A stretch of DNA of 64,000 bases from Octopus vulgaris (GCA_951406725.2 OX597815.1:206646001-206710000), one strand, 5' to 3'; counted from the stretch's first letter, positions 28,681-44,233 are shown. Notes: generated by a model from the letters alone, not told the origin. Program-made: numbers and translations.

Positions 28681-28882
28681 CTGTGAGACTAGTTCTTACA
28701 AATGGTGTGTTTATTTAGAAGTTTGTGAATTCTACAGATACGAGAAAGAACAACAGCACCTCATATAAAACAGCTGTAAACATGTGAAGAGATCCTCAAG
28801 TGTTTCAAGTGTTTTTCAAAATTCTTCACAGATATACCATCTAGTATTGTCAAAATTAATTCACATACACATACACACACAC

Positions 28883-28953
<71 letters not shown>

Positions 28954-29100
28954 CATACACACTCACACACACACGCTAGCTGTGTAGCTCGTCGTTGCCG
29001 GTCAATTTCGCCAAAGAATGCCCTTATTTCATTTTTTTAAATTCCATATCAGACCATATCTTTCCCGACGAAGAACGAATCAGGACGAATCCCTGCATTA

Positions 29101-30366
29101 TCAGGTCATCCCATGAGTTCTGTCCGTATTTTGAATAAAGAAAACAAGTGATCAAATGCTATATTTAATTGAAATTTAATCATCAGTGTACTTTCCCTGA
29201 TTATCGATGACTTCTTTCCATCTATTTACAAGTTTTTAATCCCATCAATATAAAACTCTTTTGGTTTCAAAGCGAAGAACTCTGAAATGTCAGTTTAGAC
29301 CTCTTGGCTTGTGAAAGTTATGTCCCCCAAATGATTCTGTAAACTATGAAACAAATGGTAGTCGGGAGCAAGGACGGGAGAATAAGGTTGATGAGGAATT
29401 TTTTCCCAACCAAACTCTTCGATCTTCTGTGATGTGATCTTTGCAGTGTGGGGTCGTGCATTGTCCTGATGAAACATCACTCCTTTTCGATTCACCAAAG
29501 CGGGTAATTTTTTCTTCTAAGCTTGGTTCAAACGCTCTAATTGCTAACAGTAGATTTGAGCATTGATTGTTGCATTAGGTGGTAACAATTCAAAGTGAAT
29601 TATCCCTTTGCAATCTCACCAGATAGAGAGAAGAAACTTTTTCCCATGAAGTTCCCTTCTCGGTTGGGGTTGAGCTTTTTCCCTTTAACCAAGCGATTGT
29701 TTACGACGTTTAACATTTCGATAGAAGATCCATTTTTCATCACCAGTCACAAGTCTATCCAAAAAGGATGAAATGAGTTCGCGAGAATGGAGAGAAGAGT
29801 AGATGTCAACCCGGGATTCGCGGTTGCTTTCGGACAATTCATGAGGCACCAATTGTCCAAGTTTACGAAACTTTCCAAGTTGTTGAAGATGAGGATGAAC
29901 AGTTGTACTAAGTTTTATTGCCAATTCTTCAACTGATAATGCAGGATTTTCTTCAAGTAATGCGTCAAGGATCTTATCATCAAACCCAAAATGGACGTCC
30001 TGTTCGTCTTCATCATCAAGGCTGAAATCTCCACTTCTGAATTTTGCAAAGCATCTTCCGCAAGTTCTTTCATTCAATCATTCTTTCCCATAAACTGAGT
30101 GTATGTTTCGAGTCGCTTCGGCTGCAGAATTTCCTTTTTTGTACTCATTATGTGCCTCAAATGCTCTTTGAATACTTCCATATTAGAAAGGGTTCTAATC
30201 AAAGAAATTTTAAGTCTATTATTCTGTAAAATAATATGTAATTCGTTTAAATGTATACAAATGCATAAAAATAATTTTTAATTCCATTAGACATTCTAAA
30301 ATACTATTAAATTTCATTCAATTTAAAAAAAAAGTAAAATCGGACAGAACTTATGGGATGACCTAA
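29101..30366 (-). mobile_element. Full-length mariner element with pseudogenised transposase
   Basis: TA-flanked TIRs t(c/t)aggtcatcccat(g/a)agttctgtccg, 1266 bp; motifs LVPHELS, TGDEKWIFY, FHQDNARPH, PYSPVLAPDYHLF with stops and frameshifts. Confidence 0.95.
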
Positions 30367-30978
30367 TATTTGGGGCAATTTATAATGTCTCAATAAACTA
30401 AGTCTTTTGTTTTTCTATTTGATGCAAAGATGTAGATGTTCATGCTCTTGAACATCCAGTAAAAGGTTGACCATGGGGAAGCAGGGCCCTTTAAGGTGTA
30501 AATCGGTAGCCGAAAATGTTTGCCTTTGCAATGTGCTGATGCTCATAGAAAAACTGAGACTCACTGGAAATTGAAAGTCTTTTGAATCAAAATAAGACAT
30601 CAGCTCTTGAATTTGTGCGACGGAGGTTCTTGTGTGCTTCTCATCCAATCGATGGATCCTATGCTCGAATGTCTCCTGAGAACGTGCGCTAATAGTCACC
30701 TGTTCGCATATCATCAAGTCTATTCCTTCTCTGTTTGGGTGTTTCCTGGGCTCACCGCTAATACTTTGTGTGGGTCTTTCGGCTGTTAACCTAGTAAAGT
30801 TACACACACATACACACACACACACACACATACGTACGCAAGCACACACACAAACACACTCACACTCACACTCACAAGTATGCACACACTCAGCTTGAGC
30901 GACATGCATGTGCAGAGAAAGACTGAAAGTGTGATAAATATAAAGAGAGAAGAGGAAATTTAAAATGAAAAGAGAAAG

Positions 30979-31015
<37 letters not shown>

Positions 31016-31404
31016 GAGAGAGAGAGAGACAGACAGACTGAGAAAGAGACAGAGAGAGAGAAAGAGAGAGAGTGAGATTCATTACTCAGAAGATAACCAT
31101 CTTTTTTGAAAGGACCATCTTAGACGACGTCATCACATATCTTCACTTTTTAAGACGACGCTGTGGGGAAAAATTGGCTAACATCTGCATCATTTACAAC
31201 CTTCAGGGAGTCAGGAACATTGATGGTTTATCTTCGTGTGTCCGGTTAGCAACACAAACAGCTGAGAACAGGTATTAATGATAATATTAGAGTAATTTCA
31301 ACATCTCAATATAATAAGTTTTAATTTCGAAACTGATGGAAGTTAATGCATAATCGTACATGCACGCACGCACGTATGTTTACACACGCCACACATACAT
31401 ACAT

Positions 31405-33810
31405 GCATGCATGCATGCATGCATGCATCCATCCATCCATCCACCCATCCATCAATACATCCATCCATCCATCCACCCATCCATCAATACATCCATCCAT
31501 CCATCCACCCATCCATCCATCCATCCATCCAACAATCCATCCATCCATCAATCCATCCATTAATCCATCCATCCATCCATCCATAAATCCATCCATCCAT
31601 CCATCCATCATCCATCCATCCAACCATCTATCCATCAATCCATACATACATCCATCAATCCATCCATCCCAACATCAATCAATCCATCCATCCATCCATG
31701 CATCCATCCATCCATCCATCCATTCATCCATCGATCCATCCTTGCATCCAAACATCCATACATACAAACATCCATACATACATCCATCAATCCATCCACC
31801 CACCCATGCATCAATCCATCCATCCATCCATCCACACATCCATCCATGCATCCATCCACCCATCCATCCATCTATCTATCCATAAATCCATCCATTCATC
31901 CATCCATCCATCCATACATACATACACACATCCATCCATTCATCCATCCATCCATACATACATTCATACATACATCCATACATACATCCATCAATCCATC
32001 CATCCATCCACCCATCCATCCATGCATCCATCCATCCACACATCCATCCATCCATTCATCCACCCATCATCCATCCATCCATTCATCCATTCACCCATCA
32101 ATCAATCATCCACCCATCCATCCACCCATCCATCGCACCATTCATCCATCCATCCATCCATCCATCCATACATAAATACATCCATCCATCCATCCATCCA
32201 TCCATCCATCCATCAATCCATCCATAGATCCATCCATCCATCCATACATACATTCATACATACATCCATAAATACATCCATCCATCCATCCATCCACCCA
32301 TCCATCCATCCATCCATCCATCCAACCATCCATCCATCCATCCATCCATCCATCCATCCATTCATCCATCCATCCATCAATTCATCCATAGATCCATCCA
32401 TCCATCCATACATACATACATTCATACATACATCCATATATACATCCATCAATCCATCCATCCATCCATGCATCCATCCATCCATCCATCCATCAATCCA
32501 TACATCCATCCATCCATCCATCCATCCATCCATCCATCAATCAATCCATACATAGATACATCCATCCATCCATCCATCCATACATACATCCGTCCATCCA
32601 TCCATCCAAACATTCACACATTCATCCATCCATCCATACATCCATCAACACATCCATACATCCACCCATCCATCCATCCATCCATCCATACATACATACT
32701 TCCATCCATAAATACATACATCCATCCATACATACATACATCCGTCCATCTATCCATCCATCCATCCAACCATCCAACCATCCATCCACACATCCATCAA
32801 TCCATCCATCCATCTATCCATCCATCCATCCACACATACATCCATCCATCCATCCCTTCATCCATCCACCACCCAACCATCCATCCATCCATCCAACCAT
32901 TCATCCACCCATCATCCATCCATCCATTCATCCATTCACCCATCAATCAATCATCCACCCATCCATCCACCCATCCATCGCACCATTCATCCATTCATCC
33001 ATCCATCCATCCATCCATCCATCCATACATACATACATACATCCATCCATTCATCCATCCATCCATCAATCCATCCATAGATCCATCCATCCATCCATCC
33101 ATACATACATTCATACATACATCCATAAATACATCCATCAATCCATCCATCCACCCAAACATCCATCCATCCATCCATCCAACCATCCATCCATCCATCA
33201 GACATCCATCCATTCATCCATCCATACATCAATCCATCCATAGATCCATCCATCCATCCATACATACATACATTCATACATACATCCATATATACATCCA
33301 TCCATCCATCCATGCATCCATACATCCATCCATCAATACATACATCCATACATCCATCCATCCATCCATCCATCCATCAATCCATACATAGATACATCCA
33401 TCCATCCACCCATACATACATACATCCGTCCATCCATCCATCCATACACACATTCATCCATCCATCCATACATCCATCAACACATCCATACATCCACCAA
33501 TCCATCCATCCATCCATCCATCCATCCATACATACTTCCATCCATAAATACATACATCCATCCATACATACATACATCCGTCCATCTATCCATTCATCCA
33601 TCCAACCATCCAACCATCCATCCACACATCCATCAATCCATCCATCCATCCATCCATCCATCCACACATACATCCATCCATCCATCCTTCATCCATCCAC
33701 CACCCAACCATCCATCCATCCATCCATCCATACATCCATACATCCATCAATCCATCCATCCCAACATCCATCGATCCATCCATGCATCCATGCATCCATC
33801 CATCCATACA
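31405..33810. repeat. Degenerate (CCAT)n/(ACAT)n array with a ~840-bp higher-order duplication
   Basis: Direct reading; rare variants catcgcacca (32131, 32976) and catagataca (32551, 33387) recur. Confidence 0.92.
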
Positions 33811-36800
33811 TAACCAACCGACAAACCAGCCAACCAGCCGATTCATGACCAACCGACAAACCAGCCAAGAAGGTGACCCACCTACCAACCAGACGACAAG
33901 CAACCAACCGAGAAACCAGCCAACAAGGTGACACACCGACTAACCAGCCAACCAGTAACTAACCGAGAACCCAGCCAACCAGGTGACCCACCGACCAACA
34001 AGCCAACCAGCAACCAACCGACAAACCAGCCAACAAGCCGATCCACTACCAACCGACAAACCAGCCAACAAGGTGACCCACCAACAAACCAGCCAACCAG
34101 CAACCAACCGACAAACCAGCCTACTAGCCGACCTAGGACCAACCGACAAACCAGCCAACCATGAAACTAAGCACAAGCCGACAAACCAGCCAACCAGGCG
34201 ACCCACCGACCAACCAACCAACCAGCAACCAACCGACAAACCAGCCAACCAGGCGACTTACCGACCGACCAACCAACCAACCAACCAACAACCAACCGAC
34301 AAACCAGCCAACCTCCGATCCACGACAAACCGACAAACCAGCCAACCACGAAACCCACTGACCGGCCAATCAACAAGCAATCAACCGACAAATCAGCCAA
34401 CCAGCCGACCCATTACCAACCGACAGACCAGCCAATCAGGTGACCCACCGACCAACCAGCCAACCAGCAACCAACCTACAAACCAGCCAACCAGCCAATC
34501 CACGACCAACCGACAAACCAGCAACCCGCCGACAAACCAGCCAACTAGCCGATCCACGACCAACTGATAAACTAGCCAAACAGGTGACCCACCGACCAAC
34601 CAACCCACCAGCAACCAACCAACAAACTAGCCAATCCACGCCCAACCGACAAACCAGCCAACAACGCGAACCACGGACCAACCAGCCAACCAGCAACCAA
34701 CCAACAAATCAGCAAACCAGCCGACCCGTGACCAACCCACAAACCAGCCAACCAAACGACCCACAGACAACGAGCAACCAACCGACAAACAAGCCAACAA
34801 GCCGAACCAGGACCAACCGACAAACCAGCCAAACAGGCGACCCACCGACCAGCCAACCAGCCAGCAACCAACCGACAAACCAGCCAACCAGCCGATCCAC
34901 GCCCAACCGACAAACCAGCCAACCAGGCGACCCAACGACCTACCAACCAAACAGCAACCAACCAACAAACCAGGCAACCACGCGAACAATTGACCGGCCA
35001 ACCAACCAGCAACCAACCGACAAACCAGCAAACCAGGTGACCCACCGACAAACCAGCCAACCAGCAACCAACCGACAAACCAGCCAACCAGCTGACCCAC
35101 GACCAACCAGCCATGACCAACCGATCCATGACCAACCGACAAACCAGCCAACCAGGTGACCCAACCGACCAACCAGCCAACCAGTAACCAACCGACAAAC
35201 CAGCCAACTAGCTGACCCACCGACCAACCAACCAGCCAATCCATGACCAACCGACAATCCAGCCAACCAGGTGACCCACCGACCAACCAGCCAACCAGTA
35301 ACCAACCGACAAACCAGCCAACTAGCTGACCCACCGACCAACCAGCCAGCAAGTAACTGACAAACCAGCCATGACCAACCGATCCACGACCAGCCGAAAA
35401 TCCAGCCAACCAGGTGACCAACCGACCAACCAGCCAACCAGTAACCAACCGACAAACCAGCCAACTAGCTGACCCACCGACAAACCAGCCAGCAAGTATC
35501 TGACAAACCAGCCATGACCAGCCGATCCACGACCAGCCGACAATCCAGCCAACCAGGTGACCAACCGACCAACCAGCCAACCAGTAACCAACCGACAAAC
35601 CAACCAACTAGCTGAACCACCGACCAACCAGCCAGCAAGTAACTGACAAACCAGCCATGACCAACCGATCCACGACCAGCCGAAAATCCAGCCAACCAGG
35701 TGACCAACCGACCAACCAGCCAACCAGTAACAAACCGACAAACCAGCCAACTAGCTAACCCACCGACCAACCAGCCAGCAAGTATCTGACAAACCAGCCA
35801 TGACCAACCGATCCATGACCAACCGACAAACCAGCCAACCAGGTGACCCACCGACCAACCAGCCAACCAGTAACCAACCGACAAACCAGCCAACTAGCTG
35901 ACCCACCGACCAACCAGCCAGAGAGTATCTGGCAAACCAGCCATGACCAACCGATCCATGACCAACCGACAAACCAGCCAACCAGGTGACCCACCGACCA
36001 ACCAGCCAACCAGTAACCAACCGACAAACCAGCCAAATAGCTAACCCACCGACCAACCAGCCAGCAAGTATCTGACAAACCAGCCATGACCAACCGATCC
36101 ATGACCAACCGACAAACCAGCCAACCAGGTGACCCACCGACCAACCAGCCAACCAGTAACCAACCGACAAACCAGCCAACTAGCTAACCCACCGACCAAC
36201 CAGCCAGCAAGTATCTGACAAACCAGCCATGACCAACCGATCCATGACCAACCGACAAACCAGCCAACCAGGTGACCCACCGACCAACCAGCCAACCAGT
36301 AACCAACCGACAAACCAGCCAACTAGCTAACCCACCGACCAACCAGCCAGCAAGTATCTGACAAACCAGCCATGACCAACCGATCCATGACCAACCGACA
36401 AACCAGCCAACCAGGTGACCCACCGACCAACCAGCCAACCAGTAACCAACCGACAAACCAGCCAACTAGCTGACCCACCGACCAACCAGCCAGCAAGTAT
36501 CTGACAAACCAGCCATGACCAACCGATCCATGACCAACCGACAAACCAGCCAACCAGGTGACCACCGACCAACCAGCCAACCAGTAACCAACCGACAAAC
36601 CAGCCAACTAGCTAACCCACCGACCAACCAGCCAGCAAGTATCTGACAAACAAGCCATGACCAACCGATCCATGACCAACCGACAAACCAGCCAACCAGG
36701 TGACCCACCGACCAACCAGCCAACCAGTAACCAACCGACAAACCAGCCAACTAGCTAACCCACCGACCAACCAGCCAGCAAGTATCTGACAAACCAGCCA

Positions 36801-39800
36801 TGACCAACCGATCCATGACCACCCGACAAACCAGCCAACCAGGTGACCCACCGACCAACCAGCCAACCAGTAACCAACCGACAAACCAGCCAACCAGCCA
36901 ATCCACGACCAACCGAACAACCAGCCAACAAGCAACCAACCGACAAACCAGCCAACCAGGTGACCCACCGACAAACCAGCCAACCAGCAACCAACCGACA
37001 AACCAGCCAACCAGGTGACCCACCGACCAACCAGCCAGCAAGTATCTGAGAAACCAGCCATGACCAACCGATCCATGACCAGCCGACAAACCAGCCAACC
37101 AGGTGACCCACCGACCAACCAGCCAACCAGTAACCAACCGACAAACCAGCCAACTAGCTGACCCACCGACCAACCAGCCAGCAAGTATCTGGCAAACCAG
37201 CCATGACCAACCGATCCATGACCAGCCGACAAACCAGCCAACCAGGTGACCCACCGACCAACCAGCCAACCAGTAACCAACCGACAAACCAACCAACTAG
37301 CTGAACCACCGACCAACCAGCCAGCAAGTATCTGACAAACCAGCCATGACCAACCGATCCATGACCAACCGACAAACCAGCCAACCAGGTGACCCAACCG
37401 ACAAACCAGCCAACCAGTAACCAAACCGACAAACCAGCCAACTAGCTAACCCACCGACCAACCAGCCAGCAAGTATCTGACAAACCAGCCATGACCAACC
37501 GATCCATGACCAACCGACAAACCAGCCAACCAGGTGACCCACCGACCAACCAGCCAACCAGTAACCAACCGACAAACCAGCCAACTAGCTGAACCACCGA
37601 CCAACCAGCCAGCAAGTATCTGACAAACCAGCCATGACCAACCGATCCATGACCAACCGACAAACCAGCCAACCAGGTGACCCACCGACCAACCAACCAA
37701 CCAGTAACCAACCGACAAACCAGCCAACTAGCTAACCCACCGACCAACCAGCCAGCAAGTATCTGAGAAACCAGCCATGACCAACCGATCCATGACCAGC
37801 CGACAAACCAGCCAACCAGGTGACCAACCGAACAACCAGCCAACCAGTAACCAACCGACAAACCAGCCAACTAGCTAACCCACCAACCAACCCGCCAGCA
37901 AGTATCTGATAAACCAGCCATGACCAACCGATCCATGACCAACCGACAAACCAGCCAACCAGGTGACCCACCGACCAACCAGCCAACCAGTAACCAACCG
38001 ACAAACCAGCCAACTAGCTGACCCACCGACCAACCAGCCAGCAAGTATCTGAGAAACCAGCCATGACCAACCGATCCATGACCAGCCGACAAACCAGCCA
38101 ACCAGGTGACCCACCGACCAACCAGCCAACCAGTAACCAACCGACAAACCAGCCAACTAGCTGACCCACCGACCAACCAGCCAGCCAGCAAGTATCTGAC
38201 AAACCAGCCATGACCAACCGATCCATGACCAACCGACAAACCAAGCCAACCAGGTGACCCACCGACCAAACCAGCCAACCAGTAACCAACCGACAAACCA
38301 GCCAACTAGCTAACCCACCGACCAACCAGCCAGCAAGTATCTGACAAACCAGCCATGACCAACCGATCCATGACCAGCCGACAAACCAGCCAACCAGGTG
38401 ACCCACCGACCAACCAGCCAACCAGCAACCAACCGACAAACCAACCAACTAGCTGACCCACCGACCAACCAGCCAGCAAGTATCTGACAAACCAGCCATG
38501 ACCAACCGATCCATGACCAACCGACAAACCAGCCAACCAGGTGACCCACCGACCAAACCAGCCAACCAGTAACCAACCGACAAACCAGCCAACTAGCTGA
38601 CCCACCGACCAACCAGCCAGCAAGTAACTGACAAACCAGCCATGACCAACCGATCCATGACCAGCCGACAAACCAGCCAACCAGGTGACCCACCGACCAA
38701 CCAGCCAACCAGTAACCAACCGACAAACCAGCCAACTAAACCACCGACCAGCCAGCCAGCAAGTATCTGACAAACCAGCCATGACCAACCGATCCATGAC
38801 CAGCCGACAAACCAGCCAACCAGGTGACCCACCGACCAACCAGCCAACCAGTAACCAACCGACAAACCAGCCAACTAGCTAACCCACCGACCAACCAGCC
38901 AGCAAGTATCTGACAAACCAGCCATGACCAACCGATCCATGACCAACCGACAAACCAGCCAACCAGGTGACCCACCGACCAACCAGCCAACCAGTAACCA
39001 ACCGACAAACCAACCAACTAGCTGACCCACCGACCAACCAGCCAGCAAGTATCTGGCAAACCAGCCATGACCAACCGATCCATGACCAACCGACAAACCA
39101 GCCAACCAGGTGACCAACCGACCAACCAGCCAACCAGTAACCAACCGACAAACCAGCTAACTCGCTGACCCACAAACCAACCAGCCAGCAAGTAACTGAC
39201 AAACCAGCCATGACCAACCGATCCATGACCAGCCGACAAACCAGCCAACCAGGTGACCCACCGACCAACCAGCCAACCAGCCAACCGACAAACCAGCCAA
39301 CCGACCAACCAGCCAGCAAGTATCTGAGAAACCAGCCATGACCAACCGATCCATGACCTGCCGAGAAACCAGCAAACCAGGTGACCAACCGACCAACCAG
39401 CCAACCAGTAACCAACCGACAAACCAGCCAACTAGCTGACCCACCGACCAACCAGCCAGCAAGTATCTGACAAACCAGCCATGACCAACCGATCCATGAC
39501 CAACCGACAAACCAGCCAACCAGGTGACCCACCGACCAACCAGCCAACCAGTAACCAACCGACAAACCAGCCAACTAGCTAACCCACCGACCAACCAGCC
39601 AGCAAGTATCTGAGAAACCAGCCATGACCAACCGATCCATGACCAGCCGACAAACCAGCCAACCAGGTGACCCACCGACCAACCAACCAGTAACCAACCG
39701 ACAAACCAGCCAACTAGCTGACCCACCGACCAACCAGCCAGCAAGTATCTGACAAACCAGCCATGACCAACCGATCCATGACCAACCGACAAACCAGCCA

Positions 39801-40295
39801 ACCAGGTGACCCACCGACCAACCAGCCAACCAGTAACCAACCGACAAACCAGCCAACTAGCTAACCCACCGACCAACCAGCCAGCAAGTAACCAACCGAC
39901 AAACCAGCCATGACCAACCGATCCATGACCAACCGACAAACCAGCCAACCAGGTGACCCACCGACCAACCAGCCAACCAGTAACCAACCGACAAACCAGC
40001 CAACTAGCTGACCCACCGACCAACCAGCCAGCAAGTATCAGACAAACCAGCCATGACCAACCGATCCATGACCAACCGACAAACCAGCCAACCAGGTGAC
40101 CCACCGACCAACCAGCCAACCAGTAACCAACCGACAAACCAGCCAACTAGCTGACCCACCGACCAACCAGCCAGCAAGTATCTGGCAAACCAGCCATGAC
40201 CAACCGATCCATGACCAACCGACAAACCAGCCAACCAGGTGACCCACCGACCAACCAGCCAACCAGTAACCAACCGACAAACCAGCCAACTAGCT
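33811..40295. repeat. CCAA-derived satellite: irregular 33811-35300, then ~35 copies of a 143-bp unit
   Basis: Unit aactagctgacccaccgaccaaccagccagcaagtatctgacaaaccagccatgaccaaccgatccatgaccaaccgacaaaccagccaaccaggtgacccaccgaccaaccagccaaccagtaaccaaccgacaaaccagcc; ORF-track ends recur every 143 bp. Confidence 0.95.
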
Positions 40296-40395
40296 NNNNN
40301 NNNNNNNNNNNNNNNNNNNNNNNNNNNNNNNNNNNNNNNNNNNNNNNNNNNNNNNNNNNNNNNNNNNNNNNNNNNNNNNNNNNNNNNNNNNNNNN
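40296..40395. other. Assembly gap (100 N)
   Basis: N run; true satellite length unknown. Confidence 0.99.
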
Positions 40396-40494
40396 ATTCC
40401 CAATTAATTAAGCAAGAGCACTGAGGCCCCAAACTGCAACAACAATAACGATGCTGTACACCATGTTAAAATAATGACATTAGATAATTATCTA

Positions 40495-40905
40495 AGGCGT
40501 AGGAGTGGCTGTGTAGTAAATAGCTTGCTTACGAACCACATTGTTCCGGGTTCAGTCCCACTGCGCGGCACCTTGGACAAGTTTATTCTTCTATAGCCTC
40601 GGGCCGACCAAAGCCTTGTGAGTGGATTTGGTAGGCGGAAACTGAAAGAAGCCCGTCGTCTATATGTATATATATATATATATGTGCGTGTGTGTGTTGG
40701 TGTGTCTGTGTTTGTCCCCCTAGCATTGCTTGACAACCGATAGTGGTGTGTTTATGTCGCCGTTACTTAGCGGCTCGGCAAAGAGACCGATAGAATAAGT
40801 ACTGGGCTTACAAAAGAATAAGTCCTGGGGTCGATTTGCTCGACTAAAGGCGGTGCTCCAGCATGGCCACAGTCAAATGACTGAAACAAGTAAAAAAGCA
40901 AAAGA
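40495..40905 (+). mobile_element. SINE family B
   Basis: Head-to-tail match to the 8773 copy. Confidence 0.85.
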
Positions 40906-41229
40906 GAATAATATATCATATAGTGCCAGTATATCCTTTACTGCTGCACCAGCAATAAACCATCTGCGAGAAACCTTACAAAAGAGATAGGAACACAAAA
41001 CACATTATCTGTACCTTCTACTTAGAACATGATTTCTACCCTTGCTTCTATTAGACACCCATCTTGTATGTGTGTGTGTGTATTTGGTCGCGCGCGTACA
41101 TGTAGGTGTGTATGTGTGGAAGTGTGTGTGTGTGTGTGTGTATACAGTGTGTGAGTGTGTGTGCACACATGGATATGGTAGACACATCTAGAAGATGTCA
41201 TCTAACTGACAAAAAGACACACACACACC

Positions 41230-41640
41230 TACCCGAAAAGATGAAAGCAAAGTTGACCTCGACGGAATTTGAACTCAGGACGTAAAGACGGACGAAATGC
41301 CCGACATGCTAACGATTCTCCCAACTCGCAGCCTTTTATAATGAATGATATTCTTTTCTACTCTGGGCACAAGGCCCAAAATTTTGCGTACTGGTATCGA
41401 TTAGATCAATTCCAGTACGCAACTGGTGCTTAACTCATCGACCTCGAAAGGGTGAAAGGCAAAGTCGACTTCGGCGGGATTTGAACTCAGAACGTAAAGA
41501 CAGACGAAATACCTATTTCTTTATTACCCACAAGGGGCTAAACACAGAATGGACAAACAAGGACAGACAAAGGATTTAAGTCGATTACATCGACCCGAGT
41601 GCGTAACTGGTACTTAATTTATCGACCCCGAAAGGATGTT
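41230..41640 (-). mobile_element. Nested or tandem SINE family A copies
   Basis: Repeated gaaaggcaaagtcgac...gaatttgaactcag motifs. Confidence 0.75.
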
Positions 41641-41757
41641 CTAACATTAAAAAAATGGCGTATGAATCGAGGAGAAATTAGTGGCAGAGCAAAAAATGGC
41701 AGAAACTGTTTATTCAATTAGTCAATAATTCGGTAAGTTGGTTTGATTACAATCTTA

Positions 41758-41941
<184 letters not shown>

Positions 41942-42199
41942 ACGTGTATTATCATCAGTGTTAGATGCATATAAACACAACGCGATTCTTAACACGAGCT
42001 TCGAGTATTAAATGACTTTGTTATGTCTAGCAAACAGATTCTTAATCTTTATATTATTGATGGCATAAGACGAATGATAACAGGCATCGACGTGTTTATA
42101 TTTCTATATAAATGTTGAATGTTATAAATGTATATATCTCCATATGATGAAATTTGATCATTCAAAGCTTGAAATAGAATCCAAAATATAATAAGCCCG

Positions 42200-42271
<72 letters not shown>

Positions 42272-42293
42272 GTATAAATATATATATATATAC

Positions 42294-42415
<122 letters not shown>

Positions 42416-43109
42416 TTGTTGTGTGTATGTTTGTGCGTCTGTGTTTGTCCCCCACCCAACATCGCTTGACAACCAATGCTGGAGTGTTTACGTACCCGTA
42501 ACTTAGCGGTTCGGCATAATAGGCCGATGGAATAAGTACTAGGCTTACAAAGAATAAGTCATGGGGTCGATTTGCTCGACCAAAGGCTGTGCTCCAGCAT
42601 GGCCATAGTCAAAATGACTGAAACAAGTTAAAGAATAAAAGAATATATGATAAAGCGTTTAAACTCGGTAAATAACTCTTAGTAAAGCAAACATGAGTTG
42701 TCTACCTTGATAGTGAATGCGGACTTGTAAATAAGGTATGCGAGCTTCACTTATAATATATATTAGTACAGTAAAAACTCCCTTCGCAAAGTAGACACTC
42801 GTGAATGACCATGGGATTGCACCTCGAAAGTACGGACAAGGCTGTTTATGGAAGGCCAGCAGTCGTGCATGCATACCATCCTCCCCTCTCCACGCCACCG
42901 ATGTTATCTCAGAGAAGGTCAAAGGCCGATAAAGGTTACTTCGTAACACTTTTCTAGAGATGAGTAAACTTGAGCATGGCTAAGTGGTTAGAGCGTCGGG
43001 TTCACAATAATGAGATAGTGAGTTCAATTCCAAGGCCGGGTTGTGTGTTTTAACGTTCTCTGTTTATTTAGTTTTTAAATTGTTAATTTGCAAATATTTA
43101 CTCTCTCTC

Positions 43110-43314
43110 TCTCTTTTACTTGTTTCAGTCATTTGACTGCGGCCATGCTGGAGCACCATCTTTAGTCAAGCAAATCGACCCCGGGACTTATTCTTTTTGT
43201 AAGCCCAGTACTTATTCAATCGGTCTCTTTTTGCCGAACCGCTAAGTGACGGGGACGTAAACACACCAGCATCGGTTGTCAAGCAATGCTAGGGGGACAA
43301 ACACAGACACACAA

Positions 43315-43349
<35 letters not shown>

Positions 43350-43517
43350 CATATATACGACGGGCTTCTTTCAGTTTCCGTCTACCAAATCCACTCACAG
43401 GGCATTGGTCGGCCCGGGGCTATAGCAGAAGACACTTGCCCAAGATGCCACGCAGTGGGACTGAACCCGGAACCATGTGGTTGGTTAGCAAGCTACTTAC
43501 CACACAGCCACTCCTGT
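43110..43517 (-). mobile_element. SINE family B (a 3' portion of another copy lies at about 42195-42640, +)
   Basis: Reverse complement of the 8773 element. Confidence 0.85.
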
Positions 43518-44122
43518 ACCTAATGTTTTTTCATGCAGAACTACATTTAAAGAAAACAGCCCCAAGGAAAACCTAAGCTAAGAGTATTAAATTCCTTGGA
43601 AGAAAGCAGCAAATGTATACGAAAACAAGGACGGAAAGAAAACGGAGAAATGTTACACAAATACAAATGCAAACAACAAGACATAACAACAGGTGTCTTT
43701 CGACTAAGGACGAATTAAATTAAGCTGGCGTGTGTGGAAGTAAAGCCTTACGGCAGGGATACAAGATTTCACAGGCACAGGGAGGAATATAGATGTTGCA
43801 CGGACGGCAGCCGAACCAAGAAAGAAAGGTCAGACTTGGCCGAATACCGGTCACGTGGGGAGAGAAGAGAGAGAGGTAGAGGTAGAGGGATAGAAGAAAT
43901 AAGGAGGGGCGAGAATAAATGAACGAGACAGAGTGGAGTGAAAGAGGAGGGAAAGAGAGCCTGAAGAGAAGGCTAGGAAATGTGAGAGAGGAGGAGCGAA
44001 AGCACGAAGAGTGGAATGAAAGAACATATTGCTTGATAATACAAATATATTACACCTGTATTTCTCTTTCAGAGTGTACTACTTTCTTATGGACTAACTG
44101 ATGATGATGATGATGATATCTA

Positions 44123-44233
<111 letters not shown>

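Noticed and set aside
30415-30909. 164-aa minus ORF with plausible splice sites (30790 acceptor, 30565 donor)
   Set aside because: No recognisable protein and a weak pyrimidine tract. The plus strand shows IDGSYARM, resembling the RTE-type LDGxYTRM motif, so it is more likely a LINE relic.
33811-40295. Many long Gly/Trp/Val- or Pro/Thr/Asn/Gln-rich ORFs and CRISPR-like periodicity
   Set aside because: The ORFs are translations of the satellite in several frames (143 is not a multiple of 3). There are no unique spacers or cas genes, and the context is eukaryotic.
40400-41000. Possible SINE-split remnant of an MCT last exon (FIAGAAVKDI..YD; VYSIVIVVAVWG)
   Set aside because: Short, needs frameshifts and contains stops; not distinguishable from chance.
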